A stretch of DNA of 64,000 bases. Source: a virus. Made by a program: the position numbers and the translations under genes. The notes under the pieces were generated by a model. The model saw only the letters and a program-made list of their open reading frames with translations, had not been told where the DNA came from and made no database searches. Below are positions 41,901-49,468 of the stretch, piece by piece. The stretch spans positions 1-64,000 of the IMG/VR virus record IMGVR_UViG_3300031519_004372. One strand, 5' to 3'. Numbering within the stretch: the first letter of the stretch is position 1; every line of letters starts with the position of its first letter.

Positions 41901-44900
41901 TTAATCTATCATAATAAGAATTTTCAGTATAGTCAGTATCAACTAAGGAAGACCACTGTATAAAATCAGCCAACATAGGTGAATCTACAGCTGACTTATT
42001 AAAATCAGTAGTTCTAAATTCGCCGCCTTTGAAGCTATCTATATCAAATAACGAAGTGTCATATTTAATTTTTAAATTATTATAAATTCTCTTTTCTAAC
42101 TCTAATAATAGATTATCTCTAAAATCATTAAATGCTTTTATAATACTACCATCATGTCCTTGAATTACATTTACTGGTGTTTGGTAAGTATTATCATTAT
42201 ACAAACTTGGAACAAAAGAAGGATATAAGCCTAACTTTGTAGGAGTAGGTGGTACATAACTTCCGTTTGTAGTTTCGTATTCGTAAATATCAAGTAAGTC
42301 ACCTTTAGTTTTAGTTTTTGTAACATTACAAAACCCTTCACTATTAAATGTATAATCTTTACCGTGAACTAACTGCATATCATTTAGATACACTTGCACA
42401 GAATTTCTACTTGGAACATCTAAACTAAACACTTTTGCTATAGCAAAATATTGCTGAGTATTATCGTCTACTATATGCGAAGTTCTTTTTACAGATCCTT
42501 GAGGAACCATATCTGAGAAAAAGAAGGGCATTGAGTTTATTTTATCTTTATTTATTTCTGCTAAGATTCTATCAACGTGCTCTTTAACCGGTCCTTCCCA
42601 ACCTAAGTCATTTGCTGTTTGCAGGAATAATCTTTTAAATTTCCCATACTCTCTTCGTGCATATCTAATTGAGGATATTATATTAGAATCTTGATCTAAT
42701 ATACTATACATTGCTAAATTTAATGGAGAACTATGCTTAACAAATCTATTACCAAATTTTGTTATATCTCCTAAATCTCTTAAATTTCCTACACCTGGAA
42801 ACTTTCCTGAAAAATTAGATAAGTTTTCAACTATACTGGTTACGTGATTGTTTACTTCTCCTAATGTAAATTCATTAACATTATCGTTTAATGGATTTCT
42901 CTCTAAATTACTTGGAAAATCATAGTATCCGTTATCATTTTTACTAGCAACAGAAGTTGTTTTAATTATAATGTTGTCACCATCTGTTAATCCAGTTAAT
43001 GAAGTAAATGCTGGTTTTAAAAATGTAACTGTAGTTAAATTATTAGGAGATATTCCTAATGTGTAATCAACATCTTTAAATTTTAATACGTTATTTAAAA
43101 ACACCGTTACGTTTAAATCTGCAAGAGCAGCACTATTTTCATAAACATCAATATCAAATATATTAGTAGTATTATCAAACACGTAATTTCTTATTACAGG
43201 CTGTGTACTATCAGTTGGTGCTTTAATCCAACCATTTGTATTTGTATATGTAGATATACTTGAATACGTTCTAAGAAATCCTACATCTGTATTTTTGTAG
43301 TATAATTCTTCAATATTACGATATTCAAAATAGTCATTTAACAAATTAAAATTAAATGTAATATCGCCTACGTTTGTTATTGTTCTGTATGAAAGAGGAA
43401 TTCCAACTTCAGTATCTACTGAGCCTGTTCCTTCTTTATAACTAAAAAGTTTATTACCTTTAAAAGTTGTTGAATCATAAATTGTAGCATCGCTATAACT
43501 ATTGTTATTTTCGTCAAATAATTCAAACAACGGAGGTTGGTTTACTTTAGTTTTTGTTTGTGCTACTTTCCAAGATGTTCCGTTGTAATAATACATTAAT
43601 CCTTTGTATGTATTACCGTCTGTAATTAACACTACTTCGTTAGTTACTGGTATTGAGTCAGTAACGTCAATTAATGAAATCTGTTTAATAGTTTGATCAA
43701 CTTCAATTCCGGGGCCATCAAAATTAAAGAACTTAACTTGAAATATTCTTCCGTTAACTAGCTTATCAGTATCTGCTGTAAATAAAATACGCATTCCGTC
43801 AATTAAATCTATGCCATCAATATTGTAACCTGTGCTACCTTCAATAGTAGAAAATACATCTTTTGTATAGGTATCTAATAAATTAACATTTTGTTTAATA
43901 CTAGTACCAAAGTTAAATAGCTTTATGCCCTTTTCAAATTCAATTATTGGACGTTTAGCTCTTGCAGATTCGTCTACATTAATAGGTTGCTCGTTTAATA
44001 TAGCACTTTGTTCAATAACAGATTTATGAAACCACCTATTGTACCTACTCCATAAATTTCCGTCAATTGCACTACGATTAATTAACATATAATCTCGTAC
44101 AGTAGGATATCCAATTGCAGTATCAAATGGCTGTCTGTCAAATCCTGCAATATCAAATTGTACGTCTACGTCTTTAACAAATGCACTAGGAACTGTTAGT
44201 AAATTTTGATTAACAAGAACAATTTTATCGCCAACTCCTTCAACATAATATTCTCCTGTAGCATATTTTGCTGGCGTTACGTCTCCAATAAAGCTAATTT
44301 TCATTCCATTAGTTAAACTAAATCCTTCACCTGTAGTATATGTCTTCTTTCCTAATATTTCAGCATCAATGTCAATTGCTGACGACTCTTCTATATTAGC
44401 AACCTTTATTAAACCTGCTGCTTCTATATCATTATCAGCAACATAATATAATGTATCTGGAGTAGTAGCAGTTGGAGTAAATGTTATTGTACCTTTTTCT
44501 GTACCCTGATTATCAATTAGCGAATCATCAATTAAAAACGAGTTATCTAAATCACGCTTTGTTCTAAGTGTAAAGGGTAAACCCGGAGTGTCAATATCAA
44601 ACTTGTATGTAACGCCTCTAAATAATTTAATTGTTGGATTCTGCGTTAATCCATCTGGCGAAAATACATACCCAAAATTATCATCATTGTCAGCAGCTGA
44701 CACTGTATAGGTGCTAATTACTTCTGTAGATTGTCCTCGTACATTAACAACTTGTGGACCATTAGGTAACCAATAGTATTCTCTAAAATTAACAAACTTG
44801 TCCCAGTCAATGTGCGGGTTCCAAGCATAATATTCTTGTTTATTAGTAATACTGTGATCAGAAACCTTTGAGTTAAAGCCTGTTAACTGATTCATGTAAT

Positions 44901-45213
44901 CATTATAGTCTTTATAAAATGTTACATTTCCTAACTCATCTTTAATAATAGTTGCTGGTTCAAACTGATAATTTTTTCTACTAGTTGAAATATCACCAAC
45001 ATAATTGTCATCTTTAGTAAAAGACGCTGCTGTTTCTCTACCAAAATAACCATTAAGTTTTTCAGCAACTCCGGGCTGTATTAATTGGTCTAGTGTACTA
45101 GCTAAGAACTTACTGTTAGGTACTGTTCTAAAATACCTAGGTAAATGCCTTTCGCTTTTTCTTTTTGCGTTAGGATCGCTAGTGCCGCTAGACTGATTAT
45201 TGTCGAATGCCAT
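29956..45213 (-). CDS. Giant (5085 aa) virion structural protein, probable baseplate wedge/gp7-position protein
   Basis: A single 15.2-kb ORF directly downstream of the gp6-like gene, with FG-GAP-like propeller repeats, GSGY repeats, F.GDG repeats and CBM-like motifs. Confidence 0.75.
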   Translation of the reverse strand: MAFDNNQSSGTSDPNAKRKSERHLPRYFRTVPNSKFLASTLDQLIQPGVAEKLNGYFGRETAASFTKDDNYVGDISTSRKNYQFEPATIIKDELGNVTFYKDYNDYMNQLTGFNSKVSDHSITNKQEYYAWNPHIDWDKFVNFREYYWLPNGPQVVNVRGQSTEVISTYTVSAADNDDNFGYVFSPDGLTQNPTIKLFRGVTYKFDIDTPGLPFTLRTKRDLDNSFLIDDSLIDNQGTEKGTITFTPTATTPDTLYYVADNDIEAAGLIKVANIEESSAIDIDAEILGKKTYTTGEGFSLTNGMKISFIGDVTPAKYATGEYYVEGVGDKIVLVNQNLLTVPSAFVKDVDVQFDIAGFDRQPFDTAIGYPTVRDYMLINRSAIDGNLWSRYNRWFHKSVIEQSAILNEQPINVDESARAKRPIIEFEKGIKLFNFGTSIKQNVNLLDTYTKDVFSTIEGSTGYNIDGIDLIDGMRILFTADTDKLVNGRIFQVKFFNFDGPGIEVDQTIKQISLIDVTDSIPVTNEVVLITDGNTYKGLMYYYNGTSWKVAQTKTKVNQPPLFELFDENNNSYSDATIYDSTTFKGNKLFSYKEGTGSVDTEVGIPLSYRTITNVGDITFNFNLLNDYFEYRNIEELYYKNTDVGFLRTYSSISTYTNTNGWIKAPTDSTQPVIRNYVFDNTTNIFDIDVYENSAALADLNVTVFLNNVLKFKDVDYTLGISPNNLTTVTFLKPAFTSLTGLTDGDNIIIKTTSVASKNDNGYYDFPSNLERNPLNDNVNEFTLGEVNNHVTSIVENLSNFSGKFPGVGNLRDLGDITKFGNRFVKHSSPLNLAMYSILDQDSNIISSIRYARREYGKFKRLFLQTANDLGWEGPVKEHVDRILAEINKDKINSMPFFFSDMVPQGSVKRTSHIVDDNTQQYFAIAKVFSLDVPSRNSVQVYLNDMQLVHGKDYTFNSEGFCNVTKTKTKGDLLDIYEYETTNGSYVPPTPTKLGLYPSFVPSLYNDNTYQTPVNVIQGHDGSIIKAFNDFRDNLLLELEKRIYNNLKIKYDTSLFDIDSFKGGEFRTTDFNKSAVDSPMLADFIQWSSLVDTDYTENSYYDRLNSWTFNYSTMSSPNGNTLPGFWRAVYQQAYDTDRPHTHPWEMIGFTIKPNWWDTQYGPAPYTKDNLILWTDLQNGVVRAPGEKIKILNNYKRATLLTHIPVDENGTLLSPNDSGYAQNFNSGELNDSFKFGDYSPVETAWRRSSEYPFSLITSWTLNQPSKVLATGFDRVNQVRTLTKQIIYKADNNQIKLKSLIFPNTHLDSTQVYTSGLINYVAGYMASNVVLGYSKYKLDLTSITNQIGFKIAGYTDKNKFKLILDSRTPLNEGNVFVPEENYSIFLNKSSPVKTISYSGVMIERKSNGYKIKGYDNTSPIFKYFPVLPRDKDIVVTIGGASDPYIEFEAGRTYSTGVVVQNSGQFYRVTKSHTADVFNLDNFARLPSLPIRGGREITLRKEYATYAPLELPYGTILKTIEEVTDFLQGYGKYLESVGFVFDNYREEEGVVDDWQTSAKEFAYWTLHNWASGTLISVSPGASQLKFKSDYSVVDNIFDTFYGYTLVKVDGKKLTEDFVQLNRQDPNEFILTPKNTADGIYAIKLPLVQKEHVVLLDNKTVFNDTIYDLEPGYRQERIKVLGYRTANWDGSLNIEGFVYDQAKITNWESNKDYFIGDIIKQKEFYYTASQKVPGTQTFNPSFWNRLDEKPTPGLTPNFEYKTNQFADFYDLDSDNFDAEQQRMAQHLIGYQKRKYLENIINDDVSQYKFYQGFIQDKGTQNALTKLFDVLGNADKDSLEFYEEWAIKSGQYGASDGFDEVEYKLDETKFRLSPQPIELVKSVTGEETDLIYRIQPYETYLKPKKYTHAPFPEKYIAPEQGYVQDSGYVNQEDVNFVVKDYDAILNIDFSLCNRGNLIWVGNDKLTWNIYRHDDTNFNIESVVGGETEFTVVLTSTPQNILPGEIFGVYDLLSTTLSTEDSSFASAQTSKANIGAFFKVKSISLEKITFISSEAIEDIETCVGRLSKLVSVRTSTLTTLNVVAQKLANLKSKFWVDSADSNGWKVYENTQAFTKLQEVSSDTDLTGLDFASSISTNASNTTLVVGSPHEDDGKVYVYQRSSSNSNYLLTQTILAPTGIADSYKGFYEGLLYSINDIVKYNNNFYRVIVAHTSTEIFNESYHSLTSPDLQKFGESIELSDDGKFLIIGSPSASRVRTNYKQFYNETTAYVADDIISYNNKLWKATTAIIPESDNVQFSSFTSVVQTSETIGNITEQSQKINILLTGNYPFTNITTNHVLVRAPKFMYAGIDINDSIKLKWNTKTIANQNQTSYTALEPFAGSGMTALNSSFFTGEHTIQLKVDLIFKINSFTNQPTVGSTVSTQTGTGTVAYVFEVDGSLGIYLNNISGSFAQTDSLFLFGGDFVGEYTTAAPSETIDVDSYYGGYWMIAVPVTYQVSSVTTSDAGHGLVYQDAITDSSVSNKYYYNSRDYETATVDSENTKASEIVSLSYQGLPGAGGSTDPFLSSLFVMRAPKVLTDTLSPADTIKCYMPSLLRYDGTGNNPEAIGLLNTDFTKTLTVTELWDGYIKFKFTKFNLFGEPYEPRIGDIVEDVTTGAQAEVTYMRRSALNVVVFVKNVTGNWSKGFIFGNNAEIRFLGDPLDPSPIYQVDRVMGEIYGVSLGLDSEGIGKLLVIDAGRNIPVTGRTPTTWENSASDNFEYWFYQADTVAGVPVAANIPSVTNNDWINVYNIPAVKLADPGQHFHQGMFSIYTTVGSNIFSYVNSYIGPGVQGDDFYFGSDVKLSKLNNLYKLFIRAGQNFKTNREFLKSGTTLDDSTFIPGRVYFVNYGTDEEGNVWNWELSKDKKFQGEFADSLSYQTNDLVYINGSIFKANTNLSPGIFNGAEWTQQTTPIDYIGYIPNDKEILPLFDSADPSTVLDQGSLFNFNKMAVSKDGEVLIGLAQYENNSTTPAQVVVYRNNNGNFQRHQTIAQTDLPVNEDDIWNDNTNWGGSIDISSDGNMIAISEPQAEVKRTDEDPTKVTNDQGRVFILVKSKTTGFFELSQTLYSRSNESVELFGNTLSFSNNILAIASKNADIVSPATFDALATTFDNNFTLFAKTFIDTGVVYVYENIDDTLVYGQTLSYITDGSTEVPKNFGANLYANNDHVYVGLPNQSVEAGNVGAVVDYKKPNTKNIWEVHSNPKKTVDLNKIKKLFLYDTKENKLVTYLDYIDPLQGKIAGIAEQELSYKLHYDPAIYTIGTDEVTVSNSDVWNRDQVGRLWWDLSTCKFLNPYQNNTIFSSSIWNTQFTGNSIDVYEWIETTLLPSEWNEIAITDDGVVEGITGLTKYDDTVYASKRIYDSISQTFSLKYFYWVKGKITTPDVADRTISSFNVARYIDNPAGMGYKFVNFITPTSFVLHNCESLLKDTDVALSTQYWKIENQNINIHNQYQLFTAGLDTSKPNYDIERKWFDSLIGYDTAGRTVPDPNLSVKERYGILNNPRQSWFVNKNEAFKQVIDRVNGVLLKNLIIDDKIITPLLSKQEIPVSTSSSFDITVDTYQDLSFVGSAKVSQATLTPVFVDGKIVRVTITDPGRGYKVVPNVQIYGSNETPAAIALTLNSVGSVISATVTNQGSGYSEQYTTLFVRRFTALVKSDSTIQGKWALYERNIKNTEWTRKLSQSYDTSLFWNYIDWYDEGYNIFTEIDHLIDSTYQLESLDDTTGDIIKISNVGTGGWLLLEKIDNSSSIDYTISYKTVGRQNGTIKFLPTLYNAGISSGFDSISYDIKVYDSQPVQESRIILKALRDNLFVDELAIEYNNLFLSSLKYVFSEQKLVDWAFKTSFIKAKHNVGDLSKKITFQNDNLPSYEEYLKEVKPFKSKLREYISDYNYLNVSGNLVTDFDLPPRWNDITKSITPQNVKVIDNVIVGTNADLTTYPNKNWLDNIAYQVKSIVIADAGSGYTQPPIISFVGQDQSSTDTGSGAKAIAKLGRGGKIESIELVSSGSGYLNPPIVEINGSMSEGGTQAKLIAYIGNGLVRGMHSTIKFDRVSGSFVITKLTEVETFTGTGNKFIFDLIFPMDLRTNTIEINIGGELALQSEYTYTNIKDVTKGYDRYSGRVTFTVPPKFGQLISITYKKPVELLTAADRINLFYDTQSGKFGKDLSQLMDGIDYGGVEVKSFEFGGTTGWDALPWYTDSWDTYDTTYEDEVFKLDGSTSSITLSKALENGIVYNIYKNGVRIDDPNYPSSQTNPNAICQSITGNGTTTTIFLDGDGLGIDESVSSTDIIIIRKTTSDGSFINDPESYDTTIEGGNIAYTTATGLKAEDITIDGDGFVTPTTSKGPEEIVPGQVLDTVDISVFERPTGGSSIIVNRNYIGDGSTKIFDIGKSPFTESSLFVKINNDILEPTTNDSTLGYTIDYVNKAVNFEIAPVDGARINITLVEVAGLQILDIDSFISDGSSNSFETNMRWTDNVQAIATSNGIKLDTTLMKTTGLHPNNVELVLASPLAAGDVIRYALFIGEGSDLDSFSQVVVDDFIADGVNDRLTLSQAPFSYGPAGIHTLVQLGDKILHSGYNQSFTVSAEREYKLDLWQIPIGTLTNSEVQVYLNGTLLEYSTQWSFISAEAFDSDTPLDEQIGSTVQLAETIGVAGDELLVYIIKQSEYRFGYFENQGEASQVFVPQPTICSFEVARPVGTRIRVFQFSNSIAQKFERESYTVREDTPLTKGSTAYYFLNNLRAGLFKLRTTAVDSKYVWVILNGTLLLADVDYSVTKDNSYIKLVNNLNEGDRIEVLHFGNPTNITKFGWRQFKDMLNKTHYKRIDGEKNYILAKDLLQHDKTIEIANANGITEVAVASKYPGVIWVNGERIEYRIKDGNLLKQLQRGTLGTGVPNLHSSGVEIYDQSIEASMPYKDETLTTTFTADGTSNAFELDFVPGAGGVNEFEVFVAGRRLRKTAISSYKFESKDNAGVITSSTAQDSPEGDITLPAEFSLSGNTLTITVNDPETELKEGNNIIIIRKQGKQWTVPGTPMSKADSDIGRFLRATSVDLPR

Positions 45214-45232
45214 TTAATTCTTTCCTTGAAAT

Positions 45233-48200
45233 TTATACACTTTTTATTCCAGAAGATACTGTTGTTGTTGCTGTAGAAATAGTTCCACTAGCTCGTAATC
45301 TACTTGCTGTAATAGCGTCTATAACGTCGACATTATTAACAGTTGCTCCGCTTATAAAAATTTGATCGCTTTCTGCTTTAATTTCAAATAAGCTGCCAAA
45401 TGTTTGACTTGTTTGTGTAGGGACAATTAAAAATGTTACTAGGTCCGGTGTAAGTTCAGACATTACGTAGTTTGCCATTTCTGAAAAGAAAAACTTATCG
45501 CCAAAGTCCCAATTTTCTAGTGCAAAATATTCATTAATTGCTGCAATAATTCTTGACTTAATGTCGTTATCGTTTAACACAAGATCTGGATTCTTAACCA
45601 CTTTGAATGATGCTTGCAAATCTGCTGTTGCCTTATTACCAAATAATACTTTGTACGTAACTGGATGATAAATTATCTCATCACTTAATGACTTAATCTT
45701 AGATAATTCTGTATTATAAGAAAGAGCTAATGCATCTGAACTTGCTGGTAATGGTTCTTTTGCACTTCCGTTTAAAAACGCTCTAAAATCTGTATCATAA
45801 CTTCTAGTTAAAATATAAGTATCAATTAAATTACTTGAACTAGGATCAAGTCTTGAACTATCATCTGCACCATGAACATAATAGAAAGATATAGCTTCTC
45901 TACCAATTCTTGCTCTGTAATCAGTAGTTTGTACTAATAATCCTAATGTACTATTATAGTTTTTAAACACGTTAGTTGTAGTAAAATAAAATAACTGCCC
46001 ATTTGTATATGTACTAAGTGGAGATAATAATGCTTCTGAACTTAATATTATTGGATATAATGTTTCAATCTTAATAAAATTATAATCTTCAACACCGTCT
46101 GTAGTAGTAACCTTTTCTTGGAATATATATTTTGTTAATGGATTAATTGTTTCATTTACTACAGTGTCAAAAACGTCCGGATCGTCGACTACTCCGTCAT
46201 CATCAGTATCAAAAAACGATACTTCTATCTTTTTACTATCTACATATCCTTCAGCATCTCTATATTCTTCTGTTAATTCCCAATCATAATCAATAGTAAA
46301 CGGAAGAGCACTATCGGGTTGAGTGTTTATATTTAAGATACTAATCCTATCCTTAACTATTTTACCAGTTAGGTTATTATAGATTTTGTCGCTAGAGTTA
46401 AAATAGAATCGTATTTCTTGATCGCTTTCAAAAATATACCTCATTGCTCTATTTTTAATTGTATACGTTTCGCCGTCGGTTTCAAACAATAACATCCAGC
46501 TTGAATCTAATTGTTGGTTTGAAACATCACCAGTTTTACCTGTACTAAAATCATTAGAAGTATTTAAATTATTTTCTGTAATAATTCTCCAAGACTGTGT
46601 ATCTGTACTATACCGAAGTCCAAATGTTTTATAAGCAAAGACTTGGTCAATTAATTGTGTTGCAACGTCAGTTGCTAAAGTTGCAGACAACCCCGGTCGA
46701 ATTTCTGATAAACGAGAACCACTAGGAATAACATCATTTAATGATACTGGTCCTAGTCCAGTAGTAGCAACTATAGATCCATCTCCAGTAACTGATGCTA
46801 TTTTAACCCATTTATAATTTACTACACCTTTTTTACCTTCATAACCAGTTATAGAAACTAAGTCAGTATTAAGGAAACTTTTTCCTACTGGAGGTAAAAA
46901 CTTAACCATTGTTCCAGGAACTATTAGTTTTAATAACGATGAAGTATACGATCCTAATTGAGATTTTATATCAGCTGAATTTTTAAAATATCCTGTACTT
47001 AAATTTGTAGCGTTTGTTAGTTGTGTCCAAGTTACTCCAAGATCTATTGAGGATATTTTAGGAAAATAATTATAATAATAATTTCTAATTTTTTTGTTAA
47101 CTAATATAGGCTCTATAGTATTAACAATTGCGCCTTCAATATCTGTTTTAGTAGAAAAAGTAAACGTTGTTTTAGGTATTAGTGTTTCTTTATATAATAC
47201 TCCGTCAGTGCCGTACAAACTAGTTTTACTATATTTTCCAGTAGCGTCTATTAAATCAAAATACCTACTAATACCGCTTGATGTTCTATTAATAGATTTT
47301 ACTTTAATGATCTCTTGGCTTATTCCCAATGGAGCAATTTGATAATCTTCAGCAGTAACCATTCTATTCTGTGTATAGTATGTTGATGGAGCATTTTGCT
47401 TAATACTTGCACTAGTTTCACTTGAAGTTGAGTTATCAACAGTATACTTTAATTCATAAGAAATTGTTAATGTTTCAATTTTATTATTAACTGATAGGTA
47501 AGGAACTGTAACAGTTATTCCTCGCATATCGTCTGGTGTAACAATAACTCTTTCATTTTTACTTACTCTATAAAATACACGGAAACTACCTTTTGGTAAT
47601 TTTCCAAATACTCCGTCGGAAAATATTAAACTAATTCTATCATCTACACGAGTTAACACACTGTAAATATTTTGTATATTTTTATCTAAACTATTATATA
47701 CTACATTATTACCTTCAACTGCATCAACCTTAGACCATAATTCAACTTCGTTTCCAAAACTATCTAATTTGTATAACCATACATCTGTATTATTAACATT
47801 AGTAGCATCAATAGCAACAACTTGGTTAGTGCTAGGAGTGTCTATTGTGAAAGTGCCTTCGTCTATCGACCCTTCTCTAAAATGACTAAAGAATCCAGTA
47901 TTTGAACTTGCATTTCCTCTGCCGTCATCTCGGTATAAAAATGCAAAGTTGTTTCCAGGGAACGGTGCTTCTTCTTGTATAACAGTATCAACAACATCTG
48001 TTGATACAATCTCAAATCTTACACTCCTACCGTCAACTGCTTTAGAAAAGCTATAAACTGGAACTTCGTCATTGGTACTAAGCATGCGATATTGTTGTGT
48101 TGGAATACCACTAGAAACATCTTTCTTAATAGGTCTTCCAAACTTTGCATTGGCTGGTAACGTTACATTCATAACTTTTATAAATTGCTCGTACCAATCT

Positions 48201-48649
48201 AAATTAGTAGGATCATTCCAAACAATTGTCTGCCTGGCTAAATTAACATTATTAGAATCTATAATTTCTTCTGATGTTGAAATACTTTCAATTTTAAGTA
48301 ATCCGTTTGCAGATTGATTACGTTTAGGATTGTAAGACAGTAAGCGAGCAAGACGGAGAACTGATTCTCTACGCTCTGCTAACTCTAAGTAATTTTCTCT
48401 TGCATTTAAATCAATGCGGAATGATATATTTTGACCCATATATGCAATTAAGTCAATTAATGCTAAGTATTCACTTGATTCAATATAGTCATTAAAATCT
48501 TCTGGATAATTTTCTCTCAAATAGTTAATCATTGTCCGACGGAGGTTTTCAAAGTCATAACTCTGAAAATCTGCATTACGGAATGACTGGTACACCCGTT
48601 TCCAGTCCTCTGCTAATAATAATCTATTTTGTCTATCTGTCGCTGACAT
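45233..48649 (-). CDS. gp6: Baseplate wedge subunit, T4 gp6-like
   Basis: DFQSYDFENLRRTMINYLR...FNDYIESSEYLALIDLIAY...ENYLELAERRESVLRLARLLSYNPKR and later NRMVTAEDY. Confidence 0.85.
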   Translation of the reverse strand: MSATDRQNRLLLAEDWKRVYQSFRNADFQSYDFENLRRTMINYLRENYPEDFNDYIESSEYLALIDLIAYMGQNISFRIDLNARENYLELAERRESVLRLARLLSYNPKRNQSANGLLKIESISTSEEIIDSNNVNLARQTIVWNDPTNLDWYEQFIKVMNVTLPANAKFGRPIKKDVSSGIPTQQYRMLSTNDEVPVYSFSKAVDGRSVRFEIVSTDVVDTVIQEEAPFPGNNFAFLYRDDGRGNASSNTGFFSHFREGSIDEGTFTIDTPSTNQVVAIDATNVNNTDVWLYKLDSFGNEVELWSKVDAVEGNNVVYNSLDKNIQNIYSVLTRVDDRISLIFSDGVFGKLPKGSFRVFYRVSKNERVIVTPDDMRGITVTVPYLSVNNKIETLTISYELKYTVDNSTSSETSASIKQNAPSTYYTQNRMVTAEDYQIAPLGISQEIIKVKSINRTSSGISRYFDLIDATGKYSKTSLYGTDGVLYKETLIPKTTFTFSTKTDIEGAIVNTIEPILVNKKIRNYYYNYFPKISSIDLGVTWTQLTNATNLSTGYFKNSADIKSQLGSYTSSLLKLIVPGTMVKFLPPVGKSFLNTDLVSITGYEGKKGVVNYKWVKIASVTGDGSIVATTGLGPVSLNDVIPSGSRLSEIRPGLSATLATDVATQLIDQVFAYKTFGLRYSTDTQSWRIITENNLNTSNDFSTGKTGDVSNQQLDSSWMLLFETDGETYTIKNRAMRYIFESDQEIRFYFNSSDKIYNNLTGKIVKDRISILNINTQPDSALPFTIDYDWELTEEYRDAEGYVDSKKIEVSFFDTDDDGVVDDPDVFDTVVNETINPLTKYIFQEKVTTTDGVEDYNFIKIETLYPIILSSEALLSPLSTYTNGQLFYFTTTNVFKNYNSTLGLLVQTTDYRARIGREAISFYYVHGADDSSRLDPSSSNLIDTYILTRSYDTDFRAFLNGSAKEPLPASSDALALSYNTELSKIKSLSDEIIYHPVTYKVLFGNKATADLQASFKVVKNPDLVLNDNDIKSRIIAAINEYFALENWDFGDKFFFSEMANYVMSELTPDLVTFLIVPTQTSQTFGSLFEIKAESDQIFISGATVNNVDVIDAITASRLRASGTISTATTTVSSGIKSV

Positions 48650-48671
48650 ATTTTACATCCTTCGTTATAAG

Positions 48672-48679
48672 TATTTATA
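48672..48679 (-). promoter_or_regulatory. T4-type late promoter TATAAATA
   Basis: Exact T4 late consensus in the gap upstream of the gp6-like gene. Confidence 0.75.
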
Positions 48680-48706
48680 GCATCTAGTTAAGTGCGTATA
48701 TTAAAA

Positions 48707-49156
48707 TTACGACTTTAAAAAGCCTGCATCTTCGTCAAATCGCATCCTTAATGTCTCTGAAATGTTAAACGGAAGATAAGTTATAGTACACTCTATTTGT
48801 ATTCCTTTTTCATACTGATCAATTACAATACGGTCAACGTTGGTCCTTGGATCACTGTTAACAATTTTTGTAACATTTTGTGTTATTGCTTCTTTCAATG
48901 TCTCAGTTAATGGCTCAAATAAAGCGTCCCATATAATTGTTCCAAACTCAGGATTACTAAGTTTTTCACCTTGCCTAATATGAAAATGATTGATTAAATC
49001 TTGCTTAATCAAAGATATATCGTATAAACTATAGGAAGCATTGTCAGGATTAACTGTACTCATTCCTCTATATGATGTTTTTGTATTAACATCATCTTTT
49101 CTAGCTTTTCCAGGAACAGTAATTTCTGAATATATTTTTTTCTCTATTGTGCTCAT
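48707..49156 (-). CDS. gp25: Baseplate wedge subunit, gp25 family
   Basis: LIKQDLINHFHIRQGEKLSNPEFGTIIWDALFEP...DPR; TAAATA upstream (49161-49166). Confidence 0.85.
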   Translation of the reverse strand: MSTIEKKIYSEITVPGKARKDDVNTKTSYRGMSTVNPDNASYSLYDISLIKQDLINHFHIRQGEKLSNPEFGTIIWDALFEPLTETLKEAITQNVTKIVNSDPRTNVDRIVIDQYEKGIQIECTITYLPFNISETLRMRFDEDAGFLKS

Positions 49157-49174
49157 AACGTATTTACCTTATTT

Positions 49175-49468
49175 TTAATCACCCACAAACACATCAGGCG
49201 ATCCTTGGGCTGTTACTGGTCCGCAGTGAGCACCACCCGCTGACGGGCATAAACTGTCTGGGCTTGCTCCGTCTGGTGTGTGGTTTACTACTAGTAAGTT
49301 ATTAATAAAAACAGCTTTAGATCCTGCAATTAGGGCGCCTCCGCCGTGTGTATTTGGATCACCGTTGACTGATACTAACAAGTTATTAACGTATACTTTT
49401 CCTTGCCCTGCAACTACTGTTGTTGCTCCACACGATCTTGCATCACTATGTCTATGTATAGCCGGCAT
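49175..49468 (-). CDS. gp5.4: PAAR spike-tip protein (gp5.4-like)
   Basis: MPAIHRHSD..CG...GDPNTH...GS..VF...HC..AQGSPDVFVG. Confidence 0.85.
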   Translation of the reverse strand: MPAIHRHSDARSCGATTVVAGQGKVYVNNLLVSVNGDPNTHGGGALIAGSKAVFINNLLVVNHTPDGASPDSLCPSAGGAHCGPVTAQGSPDVFVGD

